Assembly (NCBI GenBank): GCA_000091205.1
Contig: AP006492.2
Origin: Cyanidioschyzon merolae
Lineage: Eukaryota
DNA length: 64,000 nucleotides
Direction: 5' to 3' (one strand)
The translations under genes and the position numbers were made by a program. Positions within the stretch are counted from its first letter, which is position 1; every line of letters begins with the position of its first letter. The notes under the pieces were generated by a model, which saw only the letters and a program-made list of their open reading frames with translations, did no database searches and was not told the origin of the DNA. Below, one piece after another: positions 31,306-44,076 of this stretch.

Positions 31306-33615
31306 CTTTACTGAACAGTGCAAGGTGGACTGCATTCCTCATTCAGGTCAGTAATGCCTCAGTACAGAGATAATTCAGGAGCACTGCAAGAGCGAAGCAT
31401 AGGCACGCAGCGCCAGAACCGAAACTCTTAGAGATTGCTTGCGGTCGGTGTTAGAAACCGAACCGTTGATCAGTTTCGGCAAAGCAAAAGCGACGATGGA
31501 AGTCGCCACGGGCGTCTCTGTTTCCCAACAGCTTGTTGGTTCGGTCCTGAATACACTGGAATACAGCCGCGTAAGAAGAGTCCTAGTTTACGCACAGTCA
31601 TCTTGCACCGAAATCGCAACTATAGCGTTCCCGGAACGTCACGATCGATATGAAGCACGTGGACGTCTGTTAGTTTTTGCCAGTCGATGAGGCTCGCTTC
31701 GGACGAAATCGATCGGGGCGTACGTGGGTCTTCGCGGAGCAGGGAGCCTGCCGTACCTACGATCGAACTCGAAGAGAAGTAAGACATCAGCATCTGTTCT
31801 AGATTGATTGGATGCATTTCGCGGCCTCAGATTCGCTTGTAGAGAGGGCTCATATAACAGCACCGACTACATTGTCGAATCATTGAAGACTTTTCCCCGA
31901 AATCTGGCGGCGTCCGTCTATTGGACAACGTGGCATTGCACCATTCCCCTTGCGTTCAATCTTTTTCCCGATTGTTTAAGGGTGCAGCTGCTTTTCATTC
32001 CGCGCTACGCGCCGCGGTTCAACCCCGTCGAAGGAGCCTTTTCGATCGTGAAACGTAATGATAGCTCCACTGGGCGAATTGCTGAAACATTCAGTAAACG
32101 TAAGGTACATGAGCACATATTGATTTCCTTCCACAAGTCCTGCTCGCTTCGGGAAGGTACTCATAAAACGACATTAAGATGCGCATTCATTTTTGAAGCA
32201 AAAAATCCAAGGGATAGGTATGGACGTGCAAGTTGGAGATCCTGGAGGCTCGATGTGTCGCCGCCTACCGGGAAAAGCGACAAAATTCCCTTCTCGCCTC
32301 CCATCGAGGGAAGAAGAGCAGTTAACCAAGTAGATAATGATTGGGGATAGCCAAGAAAAGGTGTTTTCGCCCGGCAGTACGTTGGCGAGACTCTAGTCGC
32401 ACTAAGCGCACGAGTTCTAGGAATCCTTGGAACGGTTCGTGCAAGTAGAGGCAATAAACGCATCGAGTTCGTGAACCGAAACTCCAACGCCGCCATCCGT
32501 ATCAGACGAAATGCGGTGCGAAAGACGAGACCCGAATTGCTGATGGCATCCATGTTTCTGGGGCAGCCTTTCAGGCTCGAAGTGTGCCTGGATCTGAACT
32601 GAAACCGATAGGAGTCGGCTGGTCGCAACAGGCCGGAAGGCGCCAATTCGTGAGCGTATATTTACCCTCCATGGTCGTAGAACGTTTTCCGTTTCACTGA
32701 CGATCGATAGGGAGCTCGTACATGCACACAGCAATGCTTGGGACTCCTCCACCTGCCATTAGAACCGAACGACATAGGTTGCTCTGCAACTGCTTCCTTT
32801 TCCTCTCTGTTACCCTCGATATGAAATACGCTCAAAAATCATGGACTAAGAGCGCCGTGGCGAGCAGTCCAAGCATGTTGATTGCAGCGTCCAGGTCGCG
32901 CTTCTGTGCTCAATCAGGATCTGCGCTATTCATGTCATCCACGGGAGGTACGTGCGATCGCCACCTCACTTGCAGGTTTCATCTTCTTTGTCCACAGCTT
33001 CGGTATGCTGCTTACGACGATGACACCTGCGCGCGGTCGGATGTGCCCGTATTCATATGTATATACATCGGAGATCCCCCGACTTCGACCGCCAGCCTTT
33101 GGCGCGAAAACGCGTGCTGCATCGCTCCGCAAACGCCTGTGACGGGTACCGAAGGCTCCGGTTGATGCCTCCTCGTGCGTTCCTTGCGGCCGGTGTCGCA
33201 CGCCTCCATCAAGCGCTTGTCTGGGGCGATCCGCTCGGCGAGTACGCCGTCCGCTGGACGTGTAGGCGTACGCCGTCGCATTCGAGAGCGCCTCACAAAA
33301 GGCGATGTCGTGCCCGATGGACGGTGCGCACGAGTTGCACAGAAACAGCGATACAGAAAACAAGAAGCATGCGTGATTCGACCATGCCACACACGAGGCA
33401 GAGGAAAAGCCTCGAGACTCTTTTCTACGAACTGAATAATGATACCAGTTGTTTTTGGAACCATCGTTCGAGGGCGTCACGAATCACCCTGACGCGGTTG
33501 ACGGTACGAATTCCAGCGGCAAAGCGTCGATTGCGTCACTCCGAAACCACAATCCGGAATCCTGGAACTGCACATGGATCCGTGAGCCCTTATTGCATCC
33601 ATTTTGGACATCGAG
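31306..33615 (+). mobile_element. composite repeat: degenerate Tc1/mariner (IS630-Tc1-type) transposase remnant (31306-32344) joined to a ~1.27 kb non-transposase module (32345-33615); this is the most complete copy in the window
   Basis: The ORF fragment 31439-31690 gives the HTH-like N-terminus 'ISFGKAKATMEVATGVSVSQQLVGSVLNTLEYSR'. The ORF 31808-32350 contains 'LLFIPRYAPRFNPVEGAFSIVKR', matching the DDE_3 signature 'LLFLPPYSPDLNPIE..W'. The transposase is internally deleted and interrupted by stops. The same junction to the downstream module recurs at ~63340 and, divergently, within 50553-51790. No TIRs were confirmed. Confidence 0.6.
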
Positions 33616-34444
33616 GCTGTATATTTATGAAAACTTGCGGAAAAGAAATCGTGATGCAGATACAGAGCGAGTCGTTCAGTGTTCCATTTTAATCTTTGTT
33701 TTCCTTTCGACCATGGAGCCTCGTGCGCACCCAGCGGCACGCGCGTTGATGACGCCGGATCGATTCACTGTATCAGGGCCTCGTGGAAAAGCGAGCGCTA
33801 CCCGAAAACAAGTGAGGGATCTCGTCCGCTCAAGAGGTGCTACCAGTTTCGACTAATCCAAAAAAGGCACTGCTGCAACAGTCGAGGCTTTATCCAGCGA
33901 ATCTCCGGGTGCCGATCCGACCGTAATGCTTCGTGTCAGTCCAAAGCAGCCAATCAGGATCCTCCGGAGGCGATTCCACTTTCCACGAGCCCTCGGCCAA
34001 CGACCTCATCGAGGTAAGGAGTCTGGTCGATCGAGCGCCATGAGTCGTCCTCTATGGGCCGAGTATACAGCAGACGCTTCCTGAGACGCTGGATGCCCGC
34101 CACTGCCGCTGCCGCTGCCGCTGCCGCAATGGTCGTGGTCGTGGTCTACGTTCTGAGAGACAGCGGCCTTGCGACGCCCCGCGCACGTCGGCTTGAAGCG
34201 CAACAATGCCTGGCACGAAGCAAGGAACGCTCTTGGGTCCCGGCTCTAACACCAGCTTGCGTAGCCAAGCCTGCCGACGGTGCGGAACAACCCGCTGGAG
34301 GAACTCGGCAAACCGAAGCCAGCTCGCCGGCTCGGCGCTCCCGTCAGGTTCGTGCAAGTGTGCGCTCCGTGGCAGCCGCGTCCATCGTATAGCGCTCCTG
34401 CATTGCAACAGCGCCCGGAACGTGGTTTTCTGAGACGCACACCA

Positions 34445-34790
34445 TAGGCCCGCGCGCACATGCGATGTGCATGCGGATCGCGCGCCTCTGGGCAGCAGCA
34501 TTGCAGCAGCGGTCAGAGCGTGATCCAGTGGTATATTCTGGCAGCGCGCGCACATGCGATGTGCATGCGGATCGCGCGCCTCTGGGCAGCAGCATTGCAG
34601 CAGCGGTCAGAGCGTGATCCAGTGGTATATTCTGGCAGCGCGCGCACATGCGATGTGCATGCGGATCGCGCGCCTCTGGGCAGCAGCATTGCAGCAGCGG
34701 TCAGAGCGTGATTCCATGACACTCACCACAGATGCGCGTACAGCCGATGTGCATGCGGATCGCGCGCCTCCGTGCAACGTGTACGTTCAT
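34445..34790. repeat. tandem repeat, 94-bp unit x ~3.6 copies, 240-580 bp upstream of the GAPDH start
   Basis: 'cacatgcgatgtgcatgcggatcgcgcgcctctgggcagcagcattgcagcagcggtcagagcgtgatccagtggtatattctggcagcgcgcg' recurs at 34457, 34551 and 34645, with a partial fourth copy to ~34790. Confidence 0.9.
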
Positions 34791-35018
34791 CGCTTTCGCG
34801 TATCGAGGAGGCGCCTTGGCAGTGCGCTGCCCGATGCGCCCACGAGGTGATGCAGTACCTCCACAGCTGATACGGCCCGCGTTGGTGATGCGGACGACGC
34901 ACCCTGCTCACAACGAGCCGCCGATACAACTCCGTCAATTGCATTGGTGTTGCTCACGAGCGAAATCAGTGCTTTCTTGCACGTTTTGCGCCCATCGGTA
35001 GAAACGTTCGTTTAGTAG

Positions 35019-36059
<1,041 letters not shown>

Positions 36060-36472
36060 GCGATGGAGATCACGATCAGTATCTGGACGGCGGTAGGAAC
36101 GTTCTTCAAATCTCGGTAAAATACGACGGACCATGCAGAGCGTTCCATTGCATTTCGAAGGTTCAGTCATCGATGTGCCTGCCAAATGTTTTTCTCGGGC
36201 CTGGTTACCCAATCCGACACTGGAAAAGCGTTGCCAGGGTCTCGCACTTCGGGCCTCGAGCCCGCCAGCGAGCCATCGACGTAATCCGAAGATGCTTTCG
36301 GATCGAGTCGAATGGGTGCCCGCGTTCGGTGCTGCTCGATGCCTCAGTGTACTCATGGCAACGTCGTCTTGGATATACTCGTGTCCGACCAGAATGGTAC
36401 GAGGTTGCTCGTTTAGAACGGGCATACGCACGAACGTTTGCGTCTGTTTCCACCGTCACAAGCACCAGTTCT

Positions 36473-37313
36473 TGCTGGTATTTTCTGCAACTGCTTCCTT
36501 TTCCTCTCTGTTACCCTCGATATGAAATACGCTCAAAAATCATGGACTAAGAGCGCCGTGGCGAGCAGTCCAAGCACGTTGATTGCAGCGTCCAGGTCGC
36601 GCTTCTGTGCTCAATCAGGATCTGCGCTATTCATGTCATCCACGGGAGGTACGTGCGATCGCCACCTCACTTGCAGGTTTCATCTTCTTTGTCCACAGCT
36701 TCGGTATGCTGCTTACGACGATGACACCTGCGCGCGGTCGGATGTGCCCGTATTCATATGTATATACATCGGAGATCCCCCGACTTCGACCGCCAGCCTT
36801 TGGCGCGAAAACGCGTGCTGCATCGCTCCGCAAACGCCTGTGACGGGTACCGAAGGCTCCGGTTGATGCCTCCTCGTGCGTTCCTTGCGGCCGGTGTCGC
36901 ACGCCTCCATCAAGCGCTTGTCTGGGGCGATCCGCTCGGCGAGTACGCCGTCCGCTGGACGTGTAGGCGTACGCCGTCGCATTCGAGAGCGCCTCACAAA
37001 AGGCGATGTCGTGCCCGATGGACGGTGCGCACGAGTTGCACAGAAACAGCGATACAGAAAACAAGAAGCATGCGTGATTCGACCATGCCACACACGAGGC
37101 AGAGGAAAAGCCTCGAGACTCTTTTCTACGAACTGAATAATGATACCAGTTGTTTTTGGAACCATCGTTCGAGGGCGTCACGAATCACCCTGACGCGGTT
37201 GACGGTACGAATTCCAGCGGCAAAGCGTCGATTGCGTCACTCCGAAACCACAATCCGGAATCCTGGAACTGCACATGGATCCGTGAGCCCTTATTGCATC
37301 CATTTGGACATCG
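36473..37313 (+). repeat. 5'-truncated copy of the ~1.27 kb module (matches 32788-33615 at high identity)
   Basis: Near-identical ORF translations in the track (32722/36438, 32935/36636, 33057/36758, 33175/36876). Direct nucleotide comparison shows homology ending at '...ttattgcatccatttggacatcga' in both copies. Confidence 0.8.
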
Positions 37314-38536
37314 ATCTGTACATCTAAAGAGCGTTCGGGAAACTAATCGAAAAGCAGGATGCGAGTAAGCAATTCGGTGCTCCATCTTCATATGAAGCGA
37401 CTCAAGCCCTGCAGGTTCAATCGATGTCTCTGCTCGCGGAGGCTCACTGACGGATTCGCCACAAGCCATCAGAAACCAGACGACTTTGTTCAGTGCTAGA
37501 ATAACGTTGTCCTGGTACTAGCAGTCGCGAACCTCCTGGTTTTCTTCTAGCGGCATTCCCAGTTGTTTGCTCTATGCGTTGTGTGCACGGGTGCTCGCCA
37601 GAGCCCGCATTCGTTATCTTTTTGGAGCATATTTGCTTCTCAGGACATGCTCGAGTTGCAGCCCTCGCGCCAATACCTCCCTGCATTCGATACACGTATT
37701 CGAAAGGCTCGCGGTGCTGGCGACCGCGCTTCCGTGCTGGACGGTGAACCGGACAACCCGCGTGCCTACCGCGCTGCACCAAAGGTGCGAACCCTCGGAC
37801 CCAGTGGTACTACAGAAGACGTTTCAGGCTGGTTCTCGAAGAGCCCCAGCCTTCACAGCTCCCGGACGGGGCAGCAGCACGTGCCCGACGCGTGAACGTC
37901 AACGCTGGACGCAGACAGAGTCTGGGGTGCGCAGAGGTCCTCGGCGCTGGACACTGCTTCCCCTGCGCGTTTCCGTCCGCAACGTTTCCATTTTCCCGCG
38001 CCCAGTTCGCGACAACGAAGCCTTCGATGTTTGCGTGCGCCTGGACACGGCCACTTTGGTGCGTCGAGCAGTGCGCAAGCTCACCAAGTGTCTGTGCAAT
38101 CGGTGCTACTGCACCGACGCCACCACGCAATAACGAGTACAACCGTGCCTGTCTCGAAATCGCTCGCTCTTGCAGCACGCGATGCTGTGAGGTCTAGCGT
38201 CTACGATCGCTAGCGTTGAAGCGCGTTCGATGGGTCCTTTCTTATCGACCTGTTGTTGACAAGAGCCGCGAAGGATGCTCTCGTCAGCACGCACTGAATA
38301 CCAGCAGCAGAATAGGACGTTTCCTGGCGTGTCCATCAATGTCGTATCAGCAGCGCGTGCCTCGATAGCCCAGTGGCAGCGGCGACGGCGGCGGCAGCAG
38401 CAGCGATGCCCTTCTTGACCTCGCAGCACTGCACAGAAAGGCACTGACGTGTCGAGGAGGTCGCCAACGGAGCGATAACAACGCTGACCTGGGTTGGGCG
38501 CTCGAGGACGGAGTTTACTGGTCCCTGGAGGTTCTC

Positions 38537-41083
38537 ATGGCGCGTAAGCACAAGGTTGGAAAACACCGACTGGACAGGTACTACCACCTGGCGAAGGAGC
38601 ACGGCTACCGCTCCCGAGCAGCCTTCAAACTGCTTCAGCTGAACCGACGGCATGGTTTTCTTGGCCGCGCTTCCCGTGGTGTCGTGGACCTGTGTGCGGC
38701 TCCTGGCGGTTGGATGCAGGTGTGTCGTCAGCACATGCCCGTTGCGGCGCCGTGTATTGGTGTTGATCTCGTTCCGATCGCTCCTATTCGCAACTGCACG
38801 ACTATTGTCGCTGACATCACTTCCGAAAAGTGTGTGCGGTTGATAAGAAATGCACTCACTTCCTTTGGCGAGGTGCTTGATCCAAGCGGCCGCGTGGCAA
38901 CTGGTGATCTCGGTGTGGACGTAGTGCTCAGCGACGCCTCTCCAAATATGGGCACCGCTTGGCTACAAGACGCCTATAACCAGGTGGAACTGACGCTCCA
39001 CGCCTTGCGGATTGCGAGCACGCTTCTCCAGAGAGGCGGCTGGTTTGTGAGCAAACTCTTCCGTAGCGCTGACTCGGAAGCCTTTCTGCTCGTTGCGCGT
39101 CGTCTCTTTCAGCGAGTATACGTTACCAAGCCACCGGCTAGCAGGCAACAGTCTGCGGAGATCTACGTCGTCTGTAAGAGCTATTTGGCTCCAGCGCGGC
39201 TCGAGGCGAACCTATTCGATCCTCGGCAGGTTTTTCGGGAGTCGACGTCTCATGCGAATGCAGTGGCTGACGTAGCTTCCCCGGATGATGCTCGTCAACG
39301 GCAGCAGTTGCAAAGCAAGGACAGAAAGTTTCGCCGCCAGCTCCTCTCTGGACGCCGATCGGCCGTGCCCGACGATGTCGAGGCCATCAACGGCACAACC
39401 AAGTATAGGACCTGTTCGCTGAGAACATTTTTAGAGTCGTCATTTCCGGGGATAGTACTAAGTACCCATAATTCGATTGAAATTATTGAAGAAGACGCGC
39501 TGCCTGAACCTGTTCGCCTTCTAGTCAACGCTGAAATCAGAGCGCTTTGCAAAGATCTCGGAGTCTGTGGACCGAAAGATTTTCGCCGCCTCTTCAAGTT
39601 CTGGGAAACTTCCCGCCGCGTCCTGTTTTGTGCGGAAAAGAGCCAGAAGCAAGCAGGTAGTACTGTCCCCGAATCTGGCGTTTCGGAAGAGCCGATGGTG
39701 GATCGGTCCGCGGCATCGTCTACGATGGCATCCACTACGGGGCGAGAGAAGCGTTTGGAGGCCAAGGCCGCTCGAGAGCGTGCTCGAAAGCTCGAGCGCC
39801 AGAGGCAACGCGGGGCTCATCTCGATGCGAACGCCAACGTCGATGAGGACACAGGTTTCTCGAATCTGTTTTCGTTGCGTGAAGCGCGTGCTGCAATGCA
39901 AACGGGGTATTTTGAGGAAGTTGAAACGAGTGCATTGGAATCCAGCGCACTGGATTCAGAACAAGATGGAGCAGACGCGAGCGAAGAAAGTGGCTCTGAC
40001 GCTGCCGGTGCACACAGCGAAAGCTTTGTAGACGATCAGACGATGTCCAGTGATGACGATGGTCATGGTCAGGATGCGTCCGTGAATCTGAATATGTCCG
40101 CAGATGAGCCAATCCAGAGTGACAGTGATGTCGACCTGGACAATGAAATCCAAAACGCACAGCAGCTGGTTTTAGAGGACGACCCCAATATTCCGACGCA
40201 GCTCAAAGCTGGAGCCCAGCGCTGGCTCCATAGGCTCGGCATTCGCTCACTGGACGCGTTGCAGATTCCTGATGCCGCAGATCTCCTCCAGGCATCAGTT
40301 CTGGAAGCAGAAAATGCGAGCATGCTCACTGACGCGCACTTGTCGGACTCGTCGACATCGTCGTCGTCGTCGACATCGTCGAGCGAGCCGGCAGAAGGAC
40401 ATGGTTACCTGGGGAACACACCCGCCGCCACGCACGACCAGCACCAATCGACAGTAACCCGGGAAGATGCCATCAGTGCCGATGCAGGTACCAATACAAA
40501 CAAGATTCGACAGCTGCTGGGTACCATGGACGAGCGCACACGAGCAGAGCTGCGCACGATCGCGCGTCACTACATGCTTCGACGTTCGGGTCGCGAGGCG
40601 CTCATCGATTCTACCTACCATCGTCATGCGTTTGACGATCCCGAGAGTCTCCCGCAATGGTTTCTTGCGGATGAGCAACGTGCACGAAAAGCACCGCAAA
40701 TCGTCGACCCCGCCGAGGTCGACGCTGCAATTGCGCAGCTGGGGGCGCCCTTTGAACACCTACCAAAGCGCGTTCGGGAAGCCCGGCAGCGACGGCAGGC
40801 ACGCCTCCAGCGGCGACTTGAGGCCGCTCGAGAGCGTGCCGAGGCCATCGCTCGTGCGCCGGAGATGAATACGGCGAGCAAAATACAGCAAGTTGCACGT
40901 GTGATGCGTCGAGCACGCGCTCAGAGACGACAGCGGCCAGTGCTTGCGGTTCTGCAGGGCAATCGCGCGGTGCCGCTAGCTGGCGGCCATCAGAAACCCA
41001 AGTCACGGGGGCGCGTCCGATACAAACTCGTTGACCGTCGACTCAAGGCCGACCTGCGTGGACGACGCAAAGCGCGCCGCTAA
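38537..41083 (+). CDS. SPB1: AdoMet-dependent pre-rRNA 2'-O-methyltransferase SPB1/FTSJ3
   Basis: N-terminus 'MARKHKVGKHRLDRYYHLAKEHGYRSRAAFKLLQLNRRHGFLGRASRGVVDLCAAPGGWMQV' matches the Spb1/FtsJ fold. The C-terminus is long, acidic and basic, with the Spb1 C-terminal K/R-rich tail. Confidence 0.9.
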   Translation: MARKHKVGKHRLDRYYHLAKEHGYRSRAAFKLLQLNRRHGFLGRASRGVVDLCAAPGGWMQVCRQHMPVAAPCIGVDLVPIAPIRNCTTIVADITSEKCVRLIRNALTSFGEVLDPSGRVATGDLGVDVVLSDASPNMGTAWLQDAYNQVELTLHALRIASTLLQRGGWFVSKLFRSADSEAFLLVARRLFQRVYVTKPPASRQQSAEIYVVCKSYLAPARLEANLFDPRQVFRESTSHANAVADVASPDDARQRQQLQSKDRKFRRQLLSGRRSAVPDDVEAINGTTKYRTCSLRTFLESSFPGIVLSTHNSIEIIEEDALPEPVRLLVNAEIRALCKDLGVCGPKDFRRLFKFWETSRRVLFCAEKSQKQAGSTVPESGVSEEPMVDRSAASSTMASTTGREKRLEAKAARERARKLERQRQRGAHLDANANVDEDTGFSNLFSLREARAAMQTGYFEEVETSALESSALDSEQDGADASEESGSDAAGAHSESFVDDQTMSSDDDGHGQDASVNLNMSADEPIQSDSDVDLDNEIQNAQQLVLEDDPNIPTQLKAGAQRWLHRLGIRSLDALQIPDAADLLQASVLEAENASMLTDAHLSDSSTSSSSSTSSSEPAEGHGYLGNTPAATHDQHQSTVTREDAISADAGTNTNKIRQLLGTMDERTRAELRTIARHYMLRRSGREALIDSTYHRHAFDDPESLPQWFLADEQRARKAPQIVDPAEVDAAIAQLGAPFEHLPKRVREARQRRQARLQRRLEAARERAEAIARAPEMNTASKIQQVARVMRRARAQRRQRPVLAVLQGNRAVPLAGGHQKPKSRGRVRYKLVDRRLKADLRGRRKARR

Positions 41084-41918
41084 TGCGACACAGCAGGCTT
41101 CCAGACTCTGTATCTTGTCCACGGAGCGTTGACAGCGCCCAGCGTTTCCGTGTGTGTGTGTGTGCGCGCGCGCTGTGATGCACGGCGCACCAGGTCAGCG
41201 CCAGCAGCATGAAAGGCGGTGCGCTGCGCAAATTACCGGCTTCGAAGCCGCCTACAGGTACCCGTAAACCGCTCTCCCGTGTGCTGTTGCACGGATGGTA
41301 GGCGCGCTGGCACAGGCGCTGAACTTCCCTGCACAACATCCCGCAAACCTGATGCGTATTCGAGTCCAGCTCTTTTGCGCCCAGCCGTCATTCGTATATT
41401 CCGAGTAAATCTGCGCGTTGGAAACCGACGATAGGGCCCACGCACCATCACCAAGCGAAGACCCGGTGCTTAGCATTCGTTCTAGCTACTGAGCTGGTCG
41501 AAGGCATCGTGCCGCGAAAGCATGCCGGCAATCGCAGACTCTCCGTACACAACGCGACGATACCGAGTCCCAATCTTACGCGTCGGTTCAATGACGCGTC
41601 GAAGAGAACCTCACGATGCGACCGCGAAGCGTTGCTATCTCCGGGCTGCATCCGCTCTGGCGCTACAGGCGCTATAGCGGACGCTCATAGCTACTCGATG
41701 CCTGGTGGAACGAACGACATGATCAGAATCTCCGAGGGAACGTATGGGTTACGGGCCTTGACTGAAGATAGAGCAATGGACATATTCCCCGGTGCGGATA
41801 TCAAGCACGCCAATGAGCATCTGGAGTCCGCATAAACACTCTATCAGACGCAATGCGCTCACGCTGGTCAAAATATCATTAGCCGAGCATCAGGCAGTCG
41901 CACGGACACCGCCCCCGA

Positions 41919-42153
41919 TGCAGAGCAGCGCAATGTAGAGCAGAGCAATACAGAGCAGAGCAATACAGAGCAAACCAATGCAGAGCAAACCAATGCAGAG
42001 CAAAGCAATGCAGAGCAGAGCAATGCAGAGCAAAGCAATGCAGAGCAAAGCAATGCAGAGCAATCCAATGCAGAGCAGAGCAATGCAGAGCAAACCAATG
42101 CAGAGCAGAGCAATGCAGAGCAGAGCAATGCAGAGCAGAGCAATACAGAGCAG
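41919..42153. repeat. minisatellite, 15-bp unit (gcagagcaRRgcaat) x ~16
   Basis: Read directly: 'cagagcaaagcaatgcagagcagagcaatgcagagcaaaccaatg...'. It produces spurious repetitive ORFs on both strands (MQSKA.../LLCSAL...). Confidence 0.9.
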
Positions 42154-42349
42154 CGCGCCGCCGCAACGCGGCGCACCAGTCGGCTTCAATTATTCTACAT
42201 CTGCGACTTGCTGAAGCGCACGTAAGAGCCCTGCCTCGGTCACCTATGGAGGACGTGACGCGACAAGAATCGCACGATCTCATTTGATTCAGGGGAGTAA
42301 TTGTTACAGGGAAATATCTTTACCGACTGTAGGAAATAGTGAGCACGGA

Positions 42350-43633
42350 ATGTGGAGACCGATCACCAGCAGGCAGCTCAGCGTGCTCTGCTGGCGACTC
42401 GGCAGCACGGCGTTGACGCGAACGTCAGCCGCTCGTGTCAACGCCGGGCGACGAAGACCCAATGAGTTGCGCCCCTTGTTGCGAAGACCGTGCACCTCGG
42501 AAACCTCAACAAGCGCCAAGCCGGTTTCAGCCACTGCGCGCACAAGCGCAGCGCCCGAGCCGCGCACCACCGAGTCCGCGTCAACAGCCGAGGTCGACCA
42601 GCACACCTCGTCGTCGTCGGTAGCAGAGGCAGCACCCGAGGCGGTCCAGGCGTACCGTCCGGGGGATCGCCGACCCGGCTGGGCCGGGTTCTTCCGAGGC
42701 CTCTTTGGCGGCACCCAGGCGGCGATCGAGGATACGCTCGCAGCGGAAGCTCGGAGGCGCGGCCAACTCAACGACGCAGAGCCCGTGCGAGCCAGCGTAC
42801 AGCGTGCTCATCGCTCGCGATCAGCAGCCACCTCTCACGCAACGTCTACGGCGTCGGCAGCGAACCGCGAAGCTGGCACCGCACTGGTACCCCAGGGGCG
42901 CGTTCGGTCGCACGACGATGACGCTCAAGGCGATGCATCCACAACAACAGGCTATGCGTCCGTGCTGAACCGAATCTTTTCGCGGTTTGCGGGTTCACCG
43001 TTTATGCGATCAGTGCTGGAGGCTAAAGAGCGCGTCAGCGAGCGTCTGGATGAGAGTGATCATCCAGTGGTGAACGTCTTTCGAACGATTCACGACCGCT
43101 TCTTCGCGGAGAATGAAATGGCACAAGTCATTGGAGCGATTCGGACCCTTGATCCCAAGTTTACCATATCTCGTTTCCTTGTAGATATCGAGAGTCGTCT
43201 GATTCCAACCGTTCTTGGAGCGTATCTTGCCGGTGACCTGGAGACATTGCAAGAGCACTGCACTGAAGAGGCGTTCGCTATGATGGCTGCAAGCATCCAC
43301 GAACGGCGCCTCAGCGGCATCGTCATGGACACGCGCATTCTGGACCTGGACCACGTCGAGCTGGTAACCGGTAGGTTCCTCGACGAAGAACCCGTGCTTA
43401 TCGTACAGTTCACCACGCAGCAAATCCATTGCCTCCGGGACCTCCACGGTGAGGTTATTGAGGGTGCGCCCGATAACATCCGCGCCGTGTACTACGTGTG
43501 GGCACTGTGCCCGGCGTTCGCGGGAGAGCCCGCCGCCTCTGCCGCCGCCGCCGCCGCCGCTGAAGACACGACATTCACCCCGACGTGGCGTCTCATGGAG
43601 ATGGTCGTTCGTGGGGCACACGCAACCATATAA
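42350..43633 (+). CDS. TIM44: mitochondrial import inner-membrane translocase subunit TIM44
   Basis: C-terminal Tim44 domain: 'VIGAIRTLDPKFTISRFLVDIESRLIPTVLGAYLAGDLETLQEHCTEEAF...LIVQFTTQQIHCLRDLHGEVIEGAPDNIRAVYYVWAL'. R-rich presequence from ATG 42350; the ORF track starts at 42284. Confidence 0.8.
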   Translation: MWRPITSRQLSVLCWRLGSTALTRTSAARVNAGRRRPNELRPLLRRPCTSETSTSAKPVSATARTSAAPEPRTTESASTAEVDQHTSSSSVAEAAPEAVQAYRPGDRRPGWAGFFRGLFGGTQAAIEDTLAAEARRRGQLNDAEPVRASVQRAHRSRSAATSHATSTASAANREAGTALVPQGRVRSHDDDAQGDASTTTGYASVLNRIFSRFAGSPFMRSVLEAKERVSERLDESDHPVVNVFRTIHDRFFAENEMAQVIGAIRTLDPKFTISRFLVDIESRLIPTVLGAYLAGDLETLQEHCTEEAFAMMAASIHERRLSGIVMDTRILDLDHVELVTGRFLDEEPVLIVQFTTQQIHCLRDLHGEVIEGAPDNIRAVYYVWALCPAFAGEPAASAAAAAAAEDTTFTPTWRLMEMVVRGAHATI

Positions 43634-44076
43634 ACGCGCCCTGACCTAAGACGACGTCGACGCTTTGCGCGCAGCCTCGAGCCCCTTGTAATAGTTATCG
43701 ATCGTCTCTCGCCAGGCTTCGTGGTAAGCGCGCCACCCGAGACCAGCGATGGTGCCGAGCAACAACCCAATGCCGATCTCGCGCGCGGTGTTTACCCGAA
43801 CTGTAGGAACACGTGGCGGTTTCATGGAATCTACACTAAGTATAGGCTATCCAGTGATAAAGCGAGCGACAAGTGAAGCGTGTTCGTCCTGTTGCCAACG
43901 AGGCACAATGCACCGTACGCGCAGTCCAACAACGCGATGCTCGCAGAACGGCGATGCGCGCGCTCGCGACATCGTGCGTGCGCACGCCGAGGTGCGCGCG
44001 CCGCTTCATCGCCTGGCAGCCGCATGCGGCGCGTCCGATGAGTCGCGCTGGAAGCGAAGCAGTAGCCGCTGGACTA

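Noticed and set aside
31306-33615. Terminal inverted repeats and TA target-site duplications for the Tc1/mariner-like element
   Set aside because: I compared the 5' end 'ctttactgaacagtgcaag' with the reverse complement of the shared 3' end ('...ggaactgcacatggatc...') and found only a weak 'cagtgca/tgcacat' resemblance. That is not enough to call TIRs by eye.
32722-33692. Several 85-210-aa ORFs that recur almost identically at 36438-37327 (and partly at 63255-63653)
   Set aside because: They lie inside copies of the dispersed repeat module, and their duplication simply reflects repeat copies. The translations have no domain signatures and overlap one another in different frames.
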